A DNA stretch of 56,283 bases from a virus. Below the pieces are notes generated by a model. The model saw only the letters and a program-made list of their open reading frames with translations. It did no database searches and had not been told where the DNA came from. The stretch is taken from the UHGV virus genome UHGV-0315882, one strand, 5' to 3'. Of the stretch, positions 43,860-56,283 are shown piece after piece; within the stretch, counting starts at the first letter, position 1; the number at the start of each line of letters is the position of its first letter. Both the position numbers and the translations under genes were made by a program.

Positions 43860-46391
43860 TTAAGCAGTTCTTACCCAAGCCATTAACTTGTAGAACTGGT
43901 TAGTAACACTAAATGCTGAACCAGAACCTGTGCCACCAGTATTACCACTAACTGTATGAGTGTGAGCACCAATAGCTATTGCGTGAGCATGTCCCCCACC
44001 GAGGTCAGTAGAACCACTTACAGAGTGTGTGTGAGCACCATCACCTTCCGTCCACCCAACATGTGTTTGAGCAGAGTTTGATGAAGCTACACGACCATTT
44101 GGTACGTTAGCGTTATCACCTTGTGAGATTCTATGTGCGTGGTATCCAGCAGAGTTAGTAGAACCACTTACAGCGTGTGAGTGAGCACCATTGACAACAG
44201 TTTCTTTTACACCATAATCAAAAGATGAAGTGGTAGCAGAGAAACTATGGGTGTGTGACGGTAAGTTACCAACAGATAACACCACAGAGTCTGAACCACC
44301 TGTTGTAGCAACATCTGAACCATCTGCTGCTGCAATCCTGATAGTCCTACCAACACCATTGTTAAGGTACGTCCAAGTTAACCCAGGAAGTGCTGTATTA
44401 GGGTCAACATTACTGTTAAACCACGTTACAATACCTACTGGATAGATTTTGTTAAGGTCTGTAGAGTCACTGATTGCTGTTGCAATCTTCTGGTCAGTCT
44501 CAGCTTTAGTGTATGCACCAATATCTGAAGGGGTTGGCTTCAAAATACTCGTGTAATAGTGAGCAATTGTCCCAGCAACATAGCCAGATGGAGAGCTGTC
44601 AGAGGTCTCTGGTGTCTCAAACAACTGGACTGTTGCATTATCTGATGCCTGAACCCTAGCTGTCGTAGCGTTTTGATAGCCACCAACATTGCAATAAATA
44701 TCATAATTATCACCAGACGTATTAACATAACCAATTTGGTCTACAACACCATTTGGTGAGTTTTTCCATGCAACAACATTTAACCCTTTTGGATTACCAT
44801 TCCCTGTTCTGAGAACAATCTCTGTCTTACAGGCTTGGTCTGTAGCACCATAGTTGAAACCAGACCCACCAAATAGCTCAATTACGGCTGTTGCTGTCCC
44901 TTGTGGCATGGTGACTGTAGCAATCTTAGCCCATTTACCACCAGCATTCTGGTTAAAGCCAGTACTTCTTACTCTCAGGTATCTATTATCGGCAGAAGTT
45001 TTATTATAATACCTGTCGTCAATGTTACTCCAATCAGAAGGTTTAACTTGACCATTGATTCTAACAGTTTTATTTAGAAAAAAGTCATCTTGCATAAAAA
45101 GAGTGGTCCCAGTTTTATCATTGTGGATAATGAGTTTAGATGGGTTTTCTCTCTCGCCATTCCCGATGAACCACCTTCTCACATTATCAGCGTTATAACC
45201 AGCAAAGTATAGTGCATTATCCTGAACAGTGTTTCTTAGCTGTAACGATAGGTCATCTTGGGTAATAACTTGTGTAGACCTGAAAATGTTCATGTTACTG
45301 AGTTTAGCAAGATTACTCAAAGTTCCTGCCGGAATGTATCTAGAATCAATGTTACTCCAATCAGAAGGTTTAACTTGACCATTGATTCTAACAGTTTTGC
45401 TCATGGCAATAGTGTTACCTAGTGAGACTTGTGTTTTTGTTAGATAGTTATAGATTTTTAAAATGTTCTCATCACCGTCATTACCAATGTACCACTTATA
45501 ATTCCCATCTGACTTTCTTGCTCGGATATATAAAGAGGGAGCAGTGTCCACATTTTGCAGAGTGATGGCTTCAGCATTCTTCTTAGCAACAAAATTAGAG
45601 AAAGTGTTAGTACCAGTAAAAGTGTTATTACCAGCTAACTGCGCAAATCTCTGATTAGCTGCTGTCTGGGTAAAATACCTAGCATCTAAGTTAGCAAAAC
45701 TTGAAGGCTGAACTTGGCCAGCAATTTGAAGAGTTCTGTTGACTGTCACCAAATTCTCTAAAATAGCAATTGAAACGTCAGACTTTACATTCTTCAATAC
45801 AAGATTATTTGTACCCCTATTATCATTACCTAGATACCATCTGTTAGTACCATCTGCATCTTGACCACGAAGATAGAGTGGAGCACCTTGAGTGATATTT
45901 TTGATAATGAGTGCTTCATTGTCAGAGAGGATAGCTTGAGTACCTCTAAAGGTGTTATTTACAGCAAGTCTTGCATATCTTGCATCATTCTCTTTATTAG
46001 TTCTCATACCAAGCTCATTAGGACTTGGCTTATTCAGAGTATGATAAACGGTTGCCGACCTTGAAGCATCTGCAATAGTCAGTTTAAGGCCATTTGCGTT
46101 AATTTTAAAAGTCTTTAAAACATCCCCAATATTAATCTCAGAAGAGCCTGTTGGGTTAAATACTACCTTACCACCATAAAGTAACTTAACAATCCCTAAG
46201 TCACCTGTCATAGTGCTACCAGCAATCTGAACAAATCTCTCAAGTTTAAAAGATGCTAAGAAGTCTTGATAGGTCATTCGACGGTCTTCATCACCTAGCA
46301 TTTCAGGTCTCTTTTTAACCCTGACATGAAGAAGGTCATCTGAACGGATTGTATCGATTGAGTTTAATTCACTCAACTTGTAATCTGCCAT
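43860..46391 (-). CDS. Tail fiber protein with His-rich C-terminal tip (843 aa)
   Basis: C-terminal HxH repeats (HTHSF, AHSHAV, HAHRI, AHTHSV, HAHAI, AHTHTV) as in metal-binding fiber tips; internal ~50 bp DNA repeat (45021-45071 and 45346-45397). Confidence 0.75.
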   Translation of the reverse strand: MADYKLSELNSIDTIRSDDLLHVRVKKRPEMLGDEDRRMTYQDFLASFKLERFVQIAGSTMTGDLGIVKLLYGGKVVFNPTGSSEINIGDVLKTFKINANGLKLTIADASRSATVYHTLNKPSPNELGMRTNKENDARYARLAVNNTFRGTQAILSDNEALIIKNITQGAPLYLRGQDADGTNRWYLGNDNRGTNNLVLKNVKSDVSIAILENLVTVNRTLQIAGQVQPSSFANLDARYFTQTAANQRFAQLAGNNTFTGTNTFSNFVAKKNAEAITLQNVDTAPSLYIRARKSDGNYKWYIGNDGDENILKIYNYLTKTQVSLGNTIAMSKTVRINGQVKPSDWSNIDSRYIPAGTLSNLAKLSNMNIFRSTQVITQDDLSLQLRNTVQDNALYFAGYNADNVRRWFIGNGERENPSKLIIHNDKTGTTLFMQDDFFLNKTVRINGQVKPSDWSNIDDRYYNKTSADNRYLRVRSTGFNQNAGGKWAKIATVTMPQGTATAVIELFGGSGFNYGATDQACKTEIVLRTGNGNPKGLNVVAWKNSPNGVVDQIGYVNTSGDNYDIYCNVGGYQNATTARVQASDNATVQLFETPETSDSSPSGYVAGTIAHYYTSILKPTPSDIGAYTKAETDQKIATAISDSTDLNKIYPVGIVTWFNSNVDPNTALPGLTWTYLNNGVGRTIRIAAADGSDVATTGGSDSVVLSVGNLPSHTHSFSATTSSFDYGVKETVVNGAHSHAVSGSTNSAGYHAHRISQGDNANVPNGRVASSNSAQTHVGWTEGDGAHTHSVSGSTDLGGGHAHAIAIGAHTHTVSGNTGGTGSGSAFSVTNQFYKLMAWVRTA

Positions 46392-46437
46392 TATAAATTT
46401 TCCTCTTAAAAGGGGCTATCAAGCCCCTGTAAAGAAA

Positions 46438-47610
46438 TTAAGCTGTTCTCTGCCATACATACAGTACAAAGGATGGCTGCTCAATATTAACCGCCTGACC
46501 TCCACCAACACTATTCGTATTGCCACTATGTGTATGTTCAGAAGAAGAAACTGTCACAGTACCACTGTGTGTATGTGAACCAATACCAACTGTGTGGCTG
46601 TGAGCACCAATACCAACTGTGTGGCTGTGGTCACCAGATGCACCAGATGTAACGCTAAAACTGTGTGAGTGTGCACCGTCACTAGATGTCCTTGATGTTC
46701 TCCATGCACCACCACCATCAGAGTCAGCTACAGCATTACCAGTACCATCATTTTCTCTAGGGTACACATCATGGTTGTGAGTACCATTTGTACTTGTGTT
46801 ACCTGATACGTTGTGTGTATGGTTACCAGTTGTATTGGTATCTTTTGTTCCATAGTCAAAAGAGTTGGTAGTCTTAGTCCCATAGTCAAAAGCTGAAATT
46901 GACACAGTTGCATTATGGGTGTGACCGCCACCACTAAGAGACACAGAGTGTGAGTGTTGAGGCATGTTATTAACTGACAAAGTGACAGTTGAAGCACCAA
47001 ATACAGAGCCTGCTGGTCTTGTATCAGAGTCATAACCAACCAATGCCCTACCTTTTGAAACTAACTCCCAAGTACCTCCACAAATTAAATATGTAGAAGG
47101 GTTTGCAGAGTTCATGGAAAGATGGATAGTACCTACTGGATAAGAAGCCTGAACAGCCTTGTACAAGTTATTTACTGCTCTTGCTGTAGCATACTTATCT
47201 GCATCTTCGTTATAAAGGTTAGATGTTGTCCAGTTCTGAACATTACTTAGACCAACCTGTGCCTTAGTTGTATTGTGTGGGTTGCTCTTGTCCTGAATAT
47301 GCTGTTGAACAAGATTATTAACCTCTTCTGAAGACATAATCTGTAGATTTGCTCTTGCCTGAGCTACATTAGTAACATCTGATAAGTTATTTGCAGCAAC
47401 TAACTGAAGAGCATTAATAACATTATCTAAACCAATTTGTGTTTTAGTAACACCATGAGGGTTATTTCTTAGGCTTGAGTGTGGAGCAAGTAATTGCTCA
47501 AGAGTACATCTCTTATCTTCAATACCCTGCTTAAGATGGAAGATATCACTAAGGCCAATTGGTAAGGCTGCTTGAGGCAAGGCACTAATTTGAATTTCAC
47601 CTACTGCCAT
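46438..47610 (-). CDS. Tail fiber protein, paralogous His-rich tip (390 aa)
   Basis: C-terminal HSHSVS, GHTHNA, NHTHNV, THNHDV, AHSHSF, DHSHTV, AHSHTV, SHTHSG, EHTHSG repeats; C-terminus WQRTA parallels the 843 aa fiber (WVRTA). Confidence 0.7.
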   Translation of the reverse strand: MAVGEIQISALPQAALPIGLSDIFHLKQGIEDKRCTLEQLLAPHSSLRNNPHGVTKTQIGLDNVINALQLVAANNLSDVTNVAQARANLQIMSSEEVNNLVQQHIQDKSNPHNTTKAQVGLSNVQNWTTSNLYNEDADKYATARAVNNLYKAVQASYPVGTIHLSMNSANPSTYLICGGTWELVSKGRALVGYDSDTRPAGSVFGASTVTLSVNNMPQHSHSVSLSGGGHTHNATVSISAFDYGTKTTNSFDYGTKDTNTTGNHTHNVSGNTSTNGTHNHDVYPRENDGTGNAVADSDGGGAWRTSRTSSDGAHSHSFSVTSGASGDHSHTVGIGAHSHTVGIGSHTHSGTVTVSSSEHTHSGNTNSVGGGQAVNIEQPSFVLYVWQRTA

Positions 47611-47612
47611 TA

Positions 47613-55628
<8,016 letters not shown>

Positions 55629-55629
<1 letters not shown>

Positions 55630-55868
55630 TACATTTTTCCTGCTCTTCTAAGTTCGTTGTAAGCAATTTCCTCTTTATACGACCTCTGAATCTCAAGAAA
55701 TTGTCTCAATGATAATAAATCAGAGAATGTCATAGCAAAGAGTTGGTCAAGTGTTTCTTTACACCCTTCCATACCATAAATAGCAAGCACAAATTTCATC
55801 TCGTCTGCTTCTTCATAGGTTGCCTCTACAGCAGCATCAGTTAGTGGTGTCTGTAGAGTGTTACCCAT
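55629..55868 (-). CDS. tail assembly chaperone-like protein (79 aa)
   Basis: Small ORF immediately upstream of the tape measure gene. Confidence 0.45.
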
Positions 55869-55870
55869 GT

Positions 55871-56269
55871 TTACTGAGAAGTTAGGCTTTTGAAAATGCT
55901 TGCTTCGAAAAAACTTCCGAAGTTTGCCTCCAGCGCAAATGCTAAGTAATCAATAAACTCACCGTAGTTTGCTTGGAAGTACGTATCAATATTAAGTGGG
56001 AAGTCGTCAACAGTTGCCCCTTGAAATAATAAGGTAGCCATCTCTTCAAGGTTAATTTCTTCAATTCTGTCAAAACAAGCTTCAACAAGCTCTTTAAATG
56101 GAACCATTGGAGCTTCCTTCTTACCCTTGTCAGTCAGACTTGATAGCATCTGTGCAAAGGTTGGAACAACAATTTTACCCAACTTCATAGACATCTTAAT
56201 ACCATCTCTTGCCCCAAGCAGAACGATATTTACTTTCTTACCATTAATTACTCTAGATTCTGTTTTCAT
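55871..56269 (-). CDS. tail assembly chaperone-like protein (132 aa)
   Basis: Position upstream of tape measure. Confidence 0.45.
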   Translation of the reverse strand: MKTESRVINGKKVNIVLLGARDGIKMSMKLGKIVVPTFAQMLSSLTDKGKKEAPMVPFKELVEACFDRIEEINLEEMATLLFQGATVDDFPLNIDTYFQANYGEFIDYLAFALEANFGSFFEASIFKSLTSQ

Positions 56270-56283
56270 TGTGATTCCTTAAT

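Overview
This 56.3 kb window reads as a contiguous piece of a large virulent tailed-phage genome (AT-rich, densely packed genes, no integrase or host genes seen). The gene content resembles Felix O1-like and T4-like myoviruses; that is inference from motifs, not a database match. Layout: (i) 1-3610, an array of at least nine short minus-strand ORFs, each preceded by a ~90 bp promoter/inverted-repeat/RBS cassette; (ii) 3766-3963, a noncoding direct-repeat array; (iii) 4032-33424, a long minus-strand block with a TARG1-like macrodomain protein, spanin-like pair, signal-peptide lytic transglycosylase, rIIA/rIIB-like genes, an adjacent NAMPT-family and PRPP-synthetase-family pair, anaerobic and aerobic ribonucleotide reductases (nrdG, nrdD, nrdB, nrdA) with a glutaredoxin-like protein, homing-endonuclease-like genes, RNase H/FEN-like nuclease, SSB-like protein, T7-type primase-helicase and dNMP kinase, punctuated by many hairpin-plus-T-run terminators; (iv) 33425-33681, an AT-rich divergent control region; (v) 33682-43177, a plus-strand block with family A DNA polymerase, HNH-AP2 homing endonuclease, small ORFs (including a DUF2829-like protein and two paralogous zinc-ribbon proteins), ATP-dependent DNA ligase, DHFR and thymidylate synthase; (vi) 43214-56269, a minus-strand myovirus tail module (two tail fibers with His-rich tips, baseplate genes, tape measure, chaperones). 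The most interesting candidate is an NAD+/ADP-ribose-centred counter-defence toolkit: the NAMPT-like plus Prs-like pair, the macrodomain fusion protein and possibly the DUF2829-like protein. All calls come from reading the sequence and ORF translations by eye; no searches were run.
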